Shown: piece after piece, positions 46,560 through 60,598 of the stretch
Position numbering within the stretch: the first letter of the stretch is position 1
Layout: each line of letters opens with the position of its first letter
NCBI GenBank assembly: GCA_019424645.1
Contig: JAHYZB010000048.1
Location: 10,390 to 71,128, forward strand
Direction of reading: 5' to 3'
Source of the DNA: Oxalobacter formigenes
Lineage (GTDB): Bacteria > Pseudomonadota > Gammaproteobacteria > Burkholderiales > Burkholderiaceae_D
Length of the DNA: 60,739 nt
Position numbers and translations under genes: made by a program
Notes under the pieces: generated by a model
Told to the model about the DNA's origin: nothing
Database searches by the model: none
What the model saw: the letters and a program-made list of their open reading frames with translations, nothing else

Positions 46560-46807
46560 TATTCGATATCACTTTTGTCGGAAGAGAAAGGCTTCAGCAA
46601 TTCCTTGTCAAGGATCTTGATCTGGTTTTCCACCTTCTCGAGTCGGGATGTACACAACTGAACGAGTTCAACTCCCTTTTTGTAGGCGGCAATCGATTCT
46701 TCGAGAGGCAATTCGCCCGCTTCGAGTCTGGACACCAGCGATCCGAGTTCGGCAATGGCATCTTCAAAAGACATTTCGTCTTTTCGGTCCTGATTTTCTG
46801 TCGTCAT
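46559..46807 (-). CDS. xseB: Exonuclease VII small subunit
   Basis: SFEDAIAELGSLVSRLEAGELPLEES. Confidence 0.95.
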   Translation of the reverse strand: MTTENQDRKDEMSFEDAIAELGSLVSRLEAGELPLEESIAAYKKGVELVQLCTSRLEKVENQIKILDKELLKPFSSDKSDIE

Positions 46808-47041
46808 AATTAAGAGAGAAAAAATACAGTTTAATTAAGCCGTTATTATACCCTTCAAGCGTTTTCAGACTGCGGTTTTCTGTGTTTTAAAGCAGAGAAA
46901 TGAATTTCTGCTGCTATACGATCCGGCTTTGACTGCCAGCCTTTCCCACCTTGATTTGGAAAGTAAAACTTGTCAAAGAACCAAATCGGTATAAGATCAC
47001 AGTTTCTGACTTTTTGTTTTTTATTCTTTTCAGGTTTTTTC

Positions 47042-47995
47042 ATGCAGTCTCTCTGGATGCTCGTTGCTGCTTTTGTATTTTCGCTGATGGCAGTGTGCGT
47101 CAAGCTTGTCTCCGATACCTATTCCACTCCTGAAATCGTCATGTACCGCAGCATGATCGGAGCTATTTTTCTTTTTTGCATGGTGCTGGTTAAAGGTGGT
47201 TCGTTTAAAACGAAATATCCGCTTCAGCATCTCTGGCGGGGAACGGTGGGTGCAACCGCGTTCGGCTTGTGGTTTTTTTCCATGTCGCAATTGCCACTGG
47301 CGACGTCGATTACCTTAAATTACATGTCGCCGATCTGGATCGCTGCAATCCTCTTTGGAATAGGTCTGTTCCATGGCCGGCTCCAGTTTGAATGGCGACT
47401 GGCCTGCGCAATCGTTGCCAGTTTTATTGGCATATTTATTCTCTTGCAGCCGACTCTGGCAGAAGACCAGTGGCTGGGTGCCCTGATCGCTTTTATTTCA
47501 GGCATTCTGGCGGCACTGGCGTATTTGCAGGTAAAGCATCTGGGCAATCTGGGCGAGCCGGAATATAGGGTTGTGTTTTACTTCTGCGTTATTGGTACCG
47601 TGGGTGGTGCGATTATGGCTGTTGTCGCGGCTCATATGCCTGGAGGCGATGGCATTCCTTTTCACGGGCATTCACTTTTGAGCGTTTTTTATCTCGTTTT
47701 CATCGGCGTGTCTGCTGCACTCGGCCAGATGGCCATGACGCGGGCGTACCATCTGGGGAATACGCTTGTCACAGCCAATCTCCAATATTCGGGCATTGTT
47801 TTTTCCTGTATATGGGGATTGCTGATATGGAACGATACCTTGAGCTGGCTGGGATGGCTTGGAATTGCCATCATTATTGCCAGTGGGGTCACCACGACGT
47901 TTTTCGACGTGCGTCATCGCATGGCCACAACTGCGGCCACGTATAACGCGGCACGCAAAAAGTTGTCAAAAAAAAGTCAGCCCGAAAAAGCCTGA
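47042..47995 (+). CDS. EamA/DMT-family transporter
   Basis: Multi-TM; start set at MQSLWML. Confidence 0.88.
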   Translation: MQSLWMLVAAFVFSLMAVCVKLVSDTYSTPEIVMYRSMIGAIFLFCMVLVKGGSFKTKYPLQHLWRGTVGATAFGLWFFSMSQLPLATSITLNYMSPIWIAAILFGIGLFHGRLQFEWRLACAIVASFIGIFILLQPTLAEDQWLGALIAFISGILAALAYLQVKHLGNLGEPEYRVVFYFCVIGTVGGAIMAVVAAHMPGGDGIPFHGHSLLSVFYLVFIGVSAALGQMAMTRAYHLGNTLVTANLQYSGIVFSCIWGLLIWNDTLSWLGWLGIAIIIASGVTTTFFDVRHRMATTAATYNAARKKLSKKSQPEKA

Positions 47996-48000
47996 TATTT

Positions 48001-50745
48001 CTAATGGGCCTGATCCCAGTTGTCCCCAACGCCAACTTCGGCAATCAACGGGACTTTCAGTGTAGCGACCTGTGCCATCAGTTCGGGCAGTTTTTCACGG
48101 ACTAGCGCCAGTTCTTTTTCCGGCACATCCAGAACCAGTTCATCATGAACCTGCATGATCAGTTTTGAATCCAGTTTTTCGGATTCCAGCCAGTCCTGAA
48201 CAGCGATCATCGACAATTTGATAATGTCGGCAGCCGTTCCCTGCATCGGCGCATTAATGGCCGCTCTTTCCGCAGCCTGACGGCGGGGGCCGTTTGGCGA
48301 ATTGATTTCCGGCAGCCACAGCCTTCTTCCGAAAACCGTTTCGACGTAACCCTGCTCACGGGCCAGCTGGCGGGTATCGTCCATATAACGGGCGACACCG
48401 GGATAGCGCTCAAAGTAACGGTCGATATAGTTTTTGGCGTCCGAGCGGGAAATACCGAGATTGGAGGCGACCCCAAAAGCGCTCATGCCATAAATGAGAC
48501 CGAAATTGATGACCTTGGCATAACGTCTCTGATCGGATGTGACTTCCGGCGGAGTGATGTCGAATATTTCGGAGGCCGTTGCACGATGGACGTCCTGACC
48601 GTCATGGAAAGCTTTCAATAAGCTGGCATCGTCGGAAAGATGCGCCATGATCCTGAGTTCAATTTGCGAATAATCGGCGGAAATGATTTTGTTTCCGGGT
48701 GAAGCGATAAATGCTTCACGGATTCGCCTGCCCTCTTCCGAACGGATCGGAATGTTTTGCAGATTAGGGTCGTTCGATGCCAGCCGTCCGGTGACAGCTA
48801 CCGCCTGTGCGTAATTCGTATGAACGCGTCCGGTTTCCGGATTGACCATTCTCGGCAATTTATCGGTATAAGTCGTTTTCAGTTTCGACATCCCGCGGTA
48901 ATTCAGAATGATTTTCGGGAGCGGGAAATCTTCAGCCAGTTTTTCCAGCACTTCTTCACTTGTCGATGGAGCGCCTGAAGGTGTTTTCTTGATCATCGGC
49001 AGTTTGAGCTTGTCAAAAAGCAGTTCACCCAATTGTTTCGGCGAATTGAGATTGAAAGGCTGTCCTGCCGCTTCATAGGCATTTTCCTGCAGACTGTCCA
49101 TTTTAAGGCCCAGTTCCTGCGATTGCTTGTCCAGTTTGCCGACATCGATCAATACGCCATTGCGTTCCATTTTCTGAAGGACTATGGACGTCGGGATTTC
49201 GATCTTTTCATAGATAAAGCGAAGGCCGTCGTTTTCTTTCAGGCGGGGCCACATGGATTGATGAAGCTGCAAGGTAACGTCGGCATTCTCTGCGGCGTAA
49301 TTGGTTGCGACATCGATAGCGATTTCATCAAATCCGATTTGCGAAGCACCCTTGCCGCAGATATCGGTGTAGCTGACCGGTTTGTAATCCAGAAACCTTT
49401 CCGACAGACTGTCCATGTCATGTCGCCTGTGCGATTCGAGAACGTAGGATTCCAGCAGGGTATCGTGAACAATGCCTTGCAGCCGGATACCATAATTGGC
49501 AAGCACATGGCTGTCATACTTGAGATTCTGGCCGACTTTTGGTTTTTTCGGGTTTTCCAGCCAGGGTTTCATCTTGTCGAGGACGAATTGGAGTGGCAGC
49601 TGCCCGCTTTGTTCCATGCTGTGATGGGCGAGAGGAATATAAGCGGCTTGACCGGGTTCGACGGAGAGGGAAATTCCGACGAGTTTTGCGACCATGACAT
49701 CGAGTGATGTCGTTTCCGTATCGATAGCCGTCAGATCAGCCTTGTCGATTTTTTCAAGCCACTTTTCAAGTTGGGTTTCAGTCAGGACGGTTTCATATTC
49801 CTTGTCACTGATGAATCCTGATTTTTTTTCTTCCGGCTCATCAAACAATGCAATCTGTCCTGCCGCTTTTGGTGTTTCATCACGTGTCACATTCAGCTCT
49901 TTTGCCCAGCTTTTGAAACCGAAACGCTCGAAAGCTTTTTTCAGGCCGTCGGTATTTTCCGGTTTTTTGACCAGCGAAGTGTCGATGGAGACGAATTTTT
50001 CCGGCAGTTCGCAATTCGTCCGGATTCTGACCAGTTCGTGCGCCTGCGGAAGCCAGTCCAGCGACTGTCTCAGATTTTCACCGACGGCTCCGGTAATGTT
50101 TTGTGCGTTTTCGATGACGCCGTCGAGGGACTGGTATTGAGTCAGCCATTTGACGGCCGTTTTAGGCCCAACCTTGGCAACACCCGGCACATTGTCGGAT
50201 GTATCGCCGATCAGGGAAAGATAATCGACAATTCGTTCAGGAGGTACGCCGAACTTCTTGATGACACCTTCCCTGTCCAGCACTTCATTATTCATGGTGT
50301 TGACGAGCGTGACCTTGTCATCGACCAGCTGGGACATATCCTTGTCGCCGGTTGAAACGATCGTATCGAAGCCGTCTTCATGCGCCTTGACTGTCAGTGT
50401 GCCGATAACATCATCCGCTTCAACGCCTTCCACCTGCAAAATTGGCCAGCCCAGCATATCGACGAGCTCGAGAATATGGCCTGTCTGTTCCACCAGATCG
50501 TCAGGCATGGCTGCCCTGTTCGCCTTGTATTCCTGATAGAGATCATTGCGGAATGTTTTACCCTTTGCGTCAAATATACAGGCACTGTATGCTGTGGGAT
50601 AATCTTTCTGCAACCGGCGAAGCATGTTCAGAAAACCGTAAATGGCTCCTGTAGGTTCCCCTGCAGAGTTGCGAAGGTCTGGCAATGCATGATAGGCGCG
50701 GTAAAGATAACTGGAACCGTCAACTAATAACAAAAGTTTGTTCAT
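48001..50745 (-). CDS. polA: DNA polymerase I
   Basis: VDGSSYLYRAYHA, DTETT, NLKYD, ADYSQIELR, QVHDEL. Confidence 0.98.
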   Translation of the reverse strand: MNKLLLLVDGSSYLYRAYHALPDLRNSAGEPTGAIYGFLNMLRRLQKDYPTAYSACIFDAKGKTFRNDLYQEYKANRAAMPDDLVEQTGHILELVDMLGWPILQVEGVEADDVIGTLTVKAHEDGFDTIVSTGDKDMSQLVDDKVTLVNTMNNEVLDREGVIKKFGVPPERIVDYLSLIGDTSDNVPGVAKVGPKTAVKWLTQYQSLDGVIENAQNITGAVGENLRQSLDWLPQAHELVRIRTNCELPEKFVSIDTSLVKKPENTDGLKKAFERFGFKSWAKELNVTRDETPKAAGQIALFDEPEEKKSGFISDKEYETVLTETQLEKWLEKIDKADLTAIDTETTSLDVMVAKLVGISLSVEPGQAAYIPLAHHSMEQSGQLPLQFVLDKMKPWLENPKKPKVGQNLKYDSHVLANYGIRLQGIVHDTLLESYVLESHRRHDMDSLSERFLDYKPVSYTDICGKGASQIGFDEIAIDVATNYAAENADVTLQLHQSMWPRLKENDGLRFIYEKIEIPTSIVLQKMERNGVLIDVGKLDKQSQELGLKMDSLQENAYEAAGQPFNLNSPKQLGELLFDKLKLPMIKKTPSGAPSTSEEVLEKLAEDFPLPKIILNYRGMSKLKTTYTDKLPRMVNPETGRVHTNYAQAVAVTGRLASNDPNLQNIPIRSEEGRRIREAFIASPGNKIISADYSQIELRIMAHLSDDASLLKAFHDGQDVHRATASEIFDITPPEVTSDQRRYAKVINFGLIYGMSAFGVASNLGISRSDAKNYIDRYFERYPGVARYMDDTRQLAREQGYVETVFGRRLWLPEINSPNGPRRQAAERAAINAPMQGTAADIIKLSMIAVQDWLESEKLDSKLIMQVHDELVLDVPEKELALVREKLPELMAQVATLKVPLIAEVGVGDNWDQAH

Positions 50746-51483
50746 ATGGAAGAAAACTCAAAAAGCGCGCAAAAGCTGCACGAAATAACTGACGTCAATT
50801 ATGCAACGATTTTGAAGGCACGAGAATCGTGGAGCATGTTCTCCATTATGTCAGAGTTTATCGAATCGACAGAGAGACTCTCTGAAATAAATCCTGCCGT
50901 AACGATTTTCGGGTCCGCCCGGCTCCATCCCGACAATCCTTACTACATTAAATGTATGGAATTGGCGAGGCGACTGTCCGACGCCGGTTTTGCGGTCATA
51001 TCAGGAGGTGGTCCCGGCATTATGGCTGCGGCCAATCGGGGCGCTTATGAAGGAAAATCGCTATCGGTTGGACTGAATATCGAATTGCCACAGGAACAGG
51101 CGCCCAATCGCTGGCAAAATGTTTCTTTGAACTACAGACACTTCTTTGCAAGAAAAGTTGCGTTTGCCAAATATGCCGATGCATTTGTCCTTTTCCCGGG
51201 TGGTTTCGGAACGCTGGACGAAATGAGCGAGGTGCTTACCCTGATCCAGACCGGGAAATCCCGCCGTATTCCGGTGATACTCGTCGGCAGCAAATTCTGG
51301 GAAGGCTTCATGAAATGGCTTGCCGACACCATGCTTGCCGAAGAAATGATCCACAAGGAAGATCTCGACCTGATGCAGGTTATCGATGACGTTGACAAGG
51401 TTATAGGAGCCATTTTCACGTTTTATGAAAAACGCGCTATCGGTCCTTCCGACGAAGAAAGACAGAAAATGCTTTACCTGTAA
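50746..51483 (+). CDS. LOG-family (TIGR00730-like) Rossmann-fold protein
   Basis: FGSAR, SGGGPGIM, FPGGFGTLDE. Start uncertain. Confidence 0.9.
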   Translation: MEENSKSAQKLHEITDVNYATILKARESWSMFSIMSEFIESTERLSEINPAVTIFGSARLHPDNPYYIKCMELARRLSDAGFAVISGGGPGIMAAANRGAYEGKSLSVGLNIELPQEQAPNRWQNVSLNYRHFFARKVAFAKYADAFVLFPGGFGTLDEMSEVLTLIQTGKSRRIPVILVGSKFWEGFMKWLADTMLAEEMIHKEDLDLMQVIDDVDKVIGAIFTFYEKRAIGPSDEERQKMLYL

Positions 51484-51537
51484 AACTCATCCCTTTGTTA
51501 CAATAGCAGCATTCATTTACTTTAAGGTGCCACAACC

Positions 51538-51951
51538 ATGTCAGTTCTTTTTCACTTCAGAAAAACCATAGCGTTGGTCGCGCTTGCGGTAACGTCTGTG
51601 GCTGTGGGACAGGAAGTTCAGCAGAGGGCTCCGGCTTCCGATCTTGAAATAATCGACGAAGTCGATCAGCCGGCCATTACCATTCGCAAACCGGATACGA
51701 CAGGCGAAATTACCGAAAAACGTCAGGGTGGCATGGTTGAGGAAATCAAGGTGAAAAGCGGTCCAAGCACCTATTACCTTTATCCGAACGGCCCGAATGG
51801 TGTTCCAGGTTCTTTCATGAGCAATGAAGTCAGGCCGGCTCTTTTCCGCGTCCACGAATTCGATGTCGGTGAAAAGAAACAGGATGAAAACAAGGAACAG
51901 GCGCAGGAATCACTGAATGCACCGGCATTGCCGCCTCCTTCGATGAAGTGA
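51538..51951 (+). CDS. Secreted protein (DUF2782-like)
   Basis: Signal peptide; ITEKRQGGMVEEIKVKSGPSTYYL. Confidence 0.7.
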   Translation: MSVLFHFRKTIALVALAVTSVAVGQEVQQRAPASDLEIIDEVDQPAITIRKPDTTGEITEKRQGGMVEEIKVKSGPSTYYLYPNGPNGVPGSFMSNEVRPALFRVHEFDVGEKKQDENKEQAQESLNAPALPPPSMK

Positions 51952-51994
51952 AGCGGTATTTGACCTCGAATCAAGTTAATCACGATTACATCTC

Positions 51995-52954
51995 ATGGCA
52001 GTTTTTACATCGGTCAGTTTGCAGGATCTGACTCCCTGGATTTCATCCTTTTCCCTGGGGCAGGTTCACAGTATCAAAGGGATCAGTTCCGGCATTGAAA
52101 ACAGTAATTTTTTTGTCAGGACCGATAAAGGTGAGTATGTACTTACTCTCTTTGAAAAGTTGACTGCAGAAGAACTTCCGTTTTATCTGAATCTCATGCA
52201 GCATCTGGCACTAAAAGGGATCAAGGTGGCAGCGCCTGTCCCCGACAGGGATGGACGGATTCTGCACTTACTATGCGGTAAACCGGCATCTCTGGTCACC
52301 AAACTGGAAGGCGACTGGCAGCCGGAACCTAAACCGGTTCATTGCGCAGAAGTCGGTGACATGATGGCGAAAATGCATTTGGCCGGACGGAATTATCCTC
52401 TGGAGCAACCCAATTTGCGAGGCATCGACTGGTGGAGAAAAACCGCTCCACTGGTTCAGGATTATCTTCCTGTTGAAGCGTCCCTTTTTCTTCAAAATGA
52501 AATGCGTTTTCAGGAAGAATTTGCCGATTCGGATCTTTACTGGAAATTGTTTCGGGGACCGATTCATGCCGACCTGTTCCGCAATAATGTCATGTTCAAC
52601 GGCGACAAGCTGTCCGGTTTTTTTGATTTTTATTTTGCCGGTTGTGATATCTGGTTGTTCGACGTGGCTGTTGCCATCAACGACTGGTGCATCGATCTTG
52701 AAACGGGTGAGTTCGATGACACTCGCGTCAGGGCATTTCTTGATGCCTATCATGCCGTGCGCCCTTTCACACTTGACGAATGCGCTGGATGGAAAGCAAT
52801 ATTGAGGGGCGCAGCCTTGCGGTTCTGGTTATCCCGACTGTACGACTACTATTTGCCTCGTGAGGCTGAAATGCTGACGCCTCATGATCCCCGTCATTTT
52901 GAACGTATTTTGAGATTACGGGTCAATAAACCTGCCCCTGAACTGATTGCATGA
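51995..52954 (+). CDS. thrB: Homoserine kinase (APH-type)
   Basis: [28 protein letters not shown]. Confidence 0.93.
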   Translation: MAVFTSVSLQDLTPWISSFSLGQVHSIKGISSGIENSNFFVRTDKGEYVLTLFEKLTAEELPFYLNLMQHLALKGIKVAAPVPDRDGRILHLLCGKPASLVTKLEGDWQPEPKPVHCAEVGDMMAKMHLAGRNYPLEQPNLRGIDWWRKTAPLVQDYLPVEASLFLQNEMRFQEEFADSDLYWKLFRGPIHADLFRNNVMFNGDKLSGFFDFYFAGCDIWLFDVAVAINDWCIDLETGEFDDTRVRAFLDAYHAVRPFTLDECAGWKAILRGAALRFWLSRLYDYYLPREAEMLTPHDPRHFERILRLRVNKPAPELIA

Positions 52955-53715
52955 ATTCGATTACAGCTAAAACAGGCTTCACATGGATCGTGAACGGTTA
53001 CGGTATTTTCCGTCAAAGACCGTTTTTACTGACCAACCTCTTTTTTGGCTATATGATCGGTCTGATGATCCTCGGTGTCATTCCTTTCATCGGCCAGATT
53101 CTCCCGATCGTAGTGATACCGCTGTTTTCATTTCTGTTCATGCAAGCCTGTTACAAAATCGATTCGGACACATACGTTTCATTCCGGGATCTTTTTAATA
53201 TCTTCAATCGGCAGACAGTGAACCGACTGCTGCTGCTGGGCAGTTTTTATCTATTGTATATATTATTGTTAGCCGTCATTGCCATATGGATTGACGGGGG
53301 TCTTCTGCTGGGTACGCTTTCCCAACAGACCCAGCAGGAACTGACTTCATCGCAGCAGACAAAATTAATGCTGACACTGGTTCTGGTCATTGCGCTTTAT
53401 ATCCCCTTTACCATGGCAATCTGGTTTGCAACCCCTTTGATCGGCTGGCAAAAGATGAGTATCGGAAAAGCCATCTTTTTCAGTTTTTTTGCCGTTCTCC
53501 GTTCCTTAAAAGCGTTTCTTGTTTACATTTTCTGCTGGCTGGTGCTCGGAATGTTTACGCCGGTCATTCTCGGAAGTGTTCTGATCCTGATGGGATTCCA
53601 GAATCTGGCGATGTTTGTCATGATGATCTTGTCCGTCGTCCTGAGTATTCTGGCATATTGTTCTTTTTATCCCACGTATAAAGACGTTTTCGGGCAGCCA
53701 GATACCGACAATTGA
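52951..53715 (+). CDS. Membrane protein (BPSS1780-like)
   Basis: Six hydrophobic segments; overlaps the thrB stop codon. Confidence 0.75.
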   Translation: MNSITAKTGFTWIVNGYGIFRQRPFLLTNLFFGYMIGLMILGVIPFIGQILPIVVIPLFSFLFMQACYKIDSDTYVSFRDLFNIFNRQTVNRLLLLGSFYLLYILLLAVIAIWIDGGLLLGTLSQQTQQELTSSQQTKLMLTLVLVIALYIPFTMAIWFATPLIGWQKMSIGKAIFFSFFAVLRSLKAFLVYIFCWLVLGMFTPVILGSVLILMGFQNLAMFVMMILSVVLSILAYCSFYPTYKDVFGQPDTDN

Positions 53716-53800
53716 TCATTTTTGAATTTTAAACGGTAAAATTCTCCTTTATCCCCCTTTCGCCAATCCATTTTTTCATGCCTTCTTCAAGAGGCTGTGA

Positions 53801-54691
<891 letters not shown>

Positions 54692-54705
54692 AAAGTGTCC
54701 TGAAC

Positions 54706-54741
54706 AAATAAAAAAGGCAGCTTTCGCTGCCTTTTTTATTT
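54706..54741. terminator. Bidirectional terminator between argB and atpC
   Basis: AAATAAAAAAGGCAGC-TTTC-GCTGCCTTTTTTATTT. Confidence 0.9.
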
Positions 54742-54756
54742 AGATGACCGAAATCA

Positions 54757-55179
54757 TTAATGCTTGCGCCGCAATCTTTTAATCATGGCCAACTGCGCGA
54801 CTGCCATTGCAATTTCTGCTTGAGCTTTGGCATAGTCGATCTGGGATTCACGATTCAGAATAGCGTCTTCAGCCAATTTCTTCGCTTCGCTAGCCTTGGC
54901 TTCATCAAGATCTTTTGCACGGATTGCCGTATCAGCCAAAACGGTGACGGCATGCGGTTGAACTTCAAGAACACCACCAGCGACAAAGACGTATTCTTCT
55001 TCTTCCTTGCCGCTTATTTTAATGCGCACAGCACCAGGCTTGATACGAGTAATCAGGGGAGCATGGCGTGGAAGGATACCCAGCTCGCCCAGTTCACCCG
55101 GCAACACGACGAATTCGGCTTCCCCAGAAAAAATCAATTCTTCTGCAGAGACTACGTCAACATGTATGGTGTTTGCCAT
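54757..55179 (-). CDS. atpC: ATP synthase epsilon subunit
   Basis: [12 protein letters not shown]. Confidence 0.97.
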   Translation of the reverse strand: MANTIHVDVVSAEELIFSGEAEFVVLPGELGELGILPRHAPLITRIKPGAVRIKISGKEEEEYVFVAGGVLEVQPHAVTVLADTAIRAKDLDEAKASEAKKLAEDAILNRESQIDYAKAQAEIAMAVAQLAMIKRLRRKH

Positions 55180-55222
55180 GTTTGAAACCTTTATGATCGT
55201 TCAGTTGCTTATCGATTTTGTT

Positions 55223-55257
55223 TCTGTGTGAGAGTGTACAGGGTACTCTCACACAGA
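55223..55257. repeat. Perfect 13-bp hairpin between atpD and atpC
   Basis: TCTGTGTGAGAGT-N9-ACTCTCACACAGA. Confidence 0.75.
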
Positions 55258-55275
55258 TAACCCAATCACAACCGA

Positions 55276-56673
<1,398 letters not shown>

Positions 56674-56711
56674 TTATTCGTTTAATGCAAATCTGTCGAA
56701 TCAACTACGGA

Positions 56712-57581
56712 TTAAACCGCAGCTGCACCTGCCACAATTTCAGACAATTCAGTCGTAATCGCAGCCTGACGGGTCTTGTTATAAATCAGTTTCAGTTCTG
56801 AAATGACATTACCCGCATTATCACTTGCAGCTTTCATGGCGACCATCCGTGCAGACTGTTCTGACGCGATATTTTCAGCAACGGACTGATAAAGCACTGC
56901 TTCAATATAACGCTGCAACAAAGTATCGATAACAGAAGGTGCATCCGGTTCGTAAATATATTCCCAACTATGGCTTTTGGTATCCACGGTGAGAGTTTCT
57001 TTAGGTAATGGAAGCAGCTGCTCTATCACCGGTTCCTGCTTCATCGTATTGACGAATTTGTTGTAACACAGATAGATAGCATCCAGATTTTCCGCGTTGT
57101 ATTCATCCAGCAAAACTTTAAAAGGCCCGATCAGCTGTTCCAGACGAGGTGCGTCCCCGAGCTGAACGACAGAGGATAAGACCTTTGCGCCAATCCGGTT
57201 TAAAAATCCGAGGCCTTTTGTACCGACAGCAACTGTTGTGATACTGTTGCCCCTGGCTTCTTCATCGCGCATTTTGTTGGTGACGATTCTCAATACGTTC
57301 GTATTCAAACCACCACACAAACCTTTGTCGGTCGTCACGATAACAAGACCGATTCTTTTGGATTGCGCACGTTCAACGGTAAATGGATGAACGTAATCGG
57401 GATTTGCTTCTGCCATGTGAGCCGCAATATTGCGAACAATCTCACTATATGGACGGCTGGAACGCATCCTTTCCTGCGCTTTGCGCATTTTGGATGCGGC
57501 CACCATTTCCATAGCCTTGGTAATTTTCCTCGTATTTTCTACGCTGCTGATTTGGCCGCGTATCTCCTTGCCTGATGCCAT
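56712..57581 (-). CDS. atpG: ATP synthase gamma subunit
   Basis: [31 protein letters not shown]. Confidence 0.98.
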   Translation of the reverse strand: MASGKEIRGQISSVENTRKITKAMEMVAASKMRKAQERMRSSRPYSEIVRNIAAHMAEANPDYVHPFTVERAQSKRIGLVIVTTDKGLCGGLNTNVLRIVTNKMRDEEARGNSITTVAVGTKGLGFLNRIGAKVLSSVVQLGDAPRLEQLIGPFKVLLDEYNAENLDAIYLCYNKFVNTMKQEPVIEQLLPLPKETLTVDTKSHSWEYIYEPDAPSVIDTLLQRYIEAVLYQSVAENIASEQSARMVAMKAASDNAGNVISELKLIYNKTRQAAITTELSEIVAGAAAV

Positions 57582-57618
57582 GAGGCTTTACTCCTTGTCG
57601 CTTCAGTTAAATCGTTGA

Positions 57619-59169
57619 TCAGGCAGCTTCCTGAGACCGGATTTGTTTGAAATCGGTAATTGCTGCCGCCATTGTCGATTCATCATCCTTGTCCAGCTTC
57701 TTGTTTTCATCAATTCTTCTCAGAAGATCAGAATGATTGTCTTTCATGTAAGCGTGCAGCTCGGCTTCGAATGGCAGGACATCCTTGACTTCGATGTCAT
57801 CCAGGAAACCACTGTTAACGGCAAACAGGGAAACAGACATTAAAGAGATAGGCAATGGAGAATACTGATTCTGTTTCAGCAATTCGGTAACACGGGCGCC
57901 ACGGTCGAGCTGACGTCTGGTTGCTTCATCCAGGTCAGATGCAAACTGTGCAAACGCAGCCAGTTCACGATACTGTGCCAGATCGGTACGGTTGCCGCCG
58001 GAAAGACTCTTGATGACTTTGGTCTGGGCAGCACCACCTACGCGGGAAACGGAAATACCAGCGTTAATGGCAGGACGGATACCTGCGTTGAACAGGCTGG
58101 TTTCCAAAAAGATCTGACCGTCGGTAATGGAAATAACGTTGGTCGGAACGAATGCGGAAACGTCACCTGCCTGCGTTTCAATAATTGGCAGAGCGGTCAG
58201 TGAACCGGTTTTACCCTTGACTTCGCCATTGGTGAACTGTTCGACATAGTGTTCATTGACACGAGCCGCACGTTCGAGCAGGCGGGAGTGCAAATAGAAA
58301 ACGTCACCAGGGAATGCTTCACGTCCAGGTGGACGGCGCAACAGCAGGGAAACCTGGCGGTAGGCGACGGCCTGTTTGGAGAGATCATCATAAACGATCA
58401 GGGCATCCTGACCACGATCACGGAAATATTCACCCATTGCACAGCCGGCATATGGTGCAATGTATTGCATTGCAGCAGATTCGGAAGCGGTAGCAGCTAC
58501 GACAATGGTGTAATCCATTGCGCCGTTTTCTTCCAGGGCACGAACGGTATTTTTGATCGAGGAAGCTTTTTGGCCGACAGCGACATAAATACAGATCATG
58601 TCCTGGCCTTTTTGATTGATGATGGCATCAATCGCTACGGCCGTTTTACCTGTCTGGCGGTCACCAATGATCAGTTCACGTTGTCCGCGTCCGATTGGCA
58701 CCATGGAGTCAATAGACTTCAAACCGGTTTGCATCGGCTGGGAAACAGATTGACGGGCGATAACGCCTGGAGCAATCTTTTCGATCGGGCTGGTTATCTT
58801 GGCGTTGATCGGGCCTTTTCCGTCAATTGGGGAACCCAGAGAGTCAACGACACGACCGATCAGTTCAGGACCGGTTGGGACTTCCAGAATACGCCCCGTA
58901 CATTTAACGATATCACCTTCTGAAATATGTTCGTATGCACCCAGAACCACGGCACCGACGGAATCGCGTTCCAGGTTCAATGCCAGGCCAAAAGTATTTC
59001 CAGGGAATTCAAGCATTTCCCCCTGCATAACGTCAGAGAGGCCATGAATACGGCAGATACCGTCAGAGACGGAAATAACGGTACCCTGATTGCGAATCTC
59101 GGCGGAATCACCCAGATTCTCTATCCGATTTTTAATCAGATCACTGATTTCGGACGGGTTTAGTAACAT
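57619..59169 (-). CDS. atpA: ATP synthase alpha subunit
   Basis: [20 protein letters not shown]. Confidence 0.99.
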   Translation of the reverse strand: MLLNPSEISDLIKNRIENLGDSAEIRNQGTVISVSDGICRIHGLSDVMQGEMLEFPGNTFGLALNLERDSVGAVVLGAYEHISEGDIVKCTGRILEVPTGPELIGRVVDSLGSPIDGKGPINAKITSPIEKIAPGVIARQSVSQPMQTGLKSIDSMVPIGRGQRELIIGDRQTGKTAVAIDAIINQKGQDMICIYVAVGQKASSIKNTVRALEENGAMDYTIVVAATASESAAMQYIAPYAGCAMGEYFRDRGQDALIVYDDLSKQAVAYRQVSLLLRRPPGREAFPGDVFYLHSRLLERAARVNEHYVEQFTNGEVKGKTGSLTALPIIETQAGDVSAFVPTNVISITDGQIFLETSLFNAGIRPAINAGISVSRVGGAAQTKVIKSLSGGNRTDLAQYRELAAFAQFASDLDEATRRQLDRGARVTELLKQNQYSPLPISLMSVSLFAVNSGFLDDIEVKDVLPFEAELHAYMKDNHSDLLRRIDENKKLDKDDESTMAAAITDFKQIRSQEAA

Positions 59170-59218
59170 GCTAACTCCTAATATTGTTCTATCGGTTCGC
59201 GCCGCTCAAGCAGCTTGA

Positions 59219-59749
59219 TTACGAAACAAGGGTTTCCTGCATTTTTTGCAGCTTTCCACGTACAGACAGGTCAAGAACTTCATCGCCGACAGTAGCACAT
59301 ATGCCGCCGATGAGGGATTCATCGACCTCAACCGTAGGAATAAGCTTGCGTCCAAACCGCTTTTCCAATTTACTGACGAGATCATCGACTTGGTTTTCGG
59401 TTAACGGAAAAGCTGTGGCTATTTTTGCAATTGCCGCTCCCTGAGCTGCATTTTTCAGTTCTTCAAACTGAATTGCAATTTCAGGGAGTAAAGAAACACG
59501 GTCATTATCAACGAGAACCTTGATGAAATTTTTTACCGTTTCATCGTTTTCACATCGAAAGATCGAGTAAAGGATTTCAGCTATCTGATCCTTTCTCAAA
59601 TTCGGATTGTTCGCAACCTCAAGAACTTGAGGATGCGATCCGATTTTAGACAATGCTTCAATCAGCTGAGACCACTGTGTCAAATCCTGCTTTTGCGCTA
59701 TCTGAAAAAGTGCTTCAGCATATGGGCGCGCTACAGTAGCTATTTCCAT
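59219..59749 (-). CDS. atpH: ATP synthase delta subunit
   Basis: ATVARPYAEALF, DESLIGG. Confidence 0.96.
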   Translation of the reverse strand: MEIATVARPYAEALFQIAQKQDLTQWSQLIEALSKIGSHPQVLEVANNPNLRKDQIAEILYSIFRCENDETVKNFIKVLVDNDRVSLLPEIAIQFEELKNAAQGAAIAKIATAFPLTENQVDDLVSKLEKRFGRKLIPTVEVDESLIGGICATVGDEVLDLSVRGKLQKMQETLVS

Positions 59750-59751
59750 AA

Positions 59752-60222
59752 TTAAAGTTCAGCAGAAATTTTGTTTAACAGATCAGCGTGAGCCTGAGCA
59801 TCGATTTCCTTTTTGAGAATCTGCTCTGCTCCCTTGACAGCCAGTGCCGCAACTTCTGCGCGAAGTTGTTCTCTTGCCTGTTTGATCTGCAGATCGGCCT
59901 GAGCTCTGGCTTGCGCCAGAATTTCGGCAGCCTCGCTCTCAGCATCGGTTTTGATGTCATCCGCAATTTTCTGTGCCCGTGTTTCAGCTTCCAGAACACG
60001 TTTTTGACCTTCTTCTCTTGCTTTGGCAAGTTCGGTCTGAACGTGCTTTTGTACGGCAATCATTTCCTGTTTGCTGCGGTCAGCTGCAGTCAAACCTTCC
60101 TGAATTCTTTTCGCGCGTTCATCCAGTACTTTTACCAAAGGTGGCCATACTACTTTTGCCGTGAATATGGCAAGAACAATAAAGACCACGAATTGCGCGA
60201 ATAAAGTCGCATTTAAATTCAC
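59752..60222 (-). CDS. atpF: ATP synthase b subunit
   Basis: GTG start after AAGGA giving MNLNATL...VWPPL. Confidence 0.96.
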   Translation of the reverse strand: MNLNATLFAQFVVFIVLAIFTAKVVWPPLVKVLDERAKRIQEGLTAADRSKQEMIAVQKHVQTELAKAREEGQKRVLEAETRAQKIADDIKTDAESEAAEILAQARAQADLQIKQAREQLRAEVAALAVKGAEQILKKEIDAQAHADLLNKISAEL

Positions 60223-60295
60223 GGTGTATTCCTTTTTAATAGCTTTCGCCAATTAAATAAGTTCGAGATGTCGCCATCCGAACCGTCGTTCATGA

Positions 60296-60595
<300 letters not shown>

Positions 60596-60598
60596 TTA

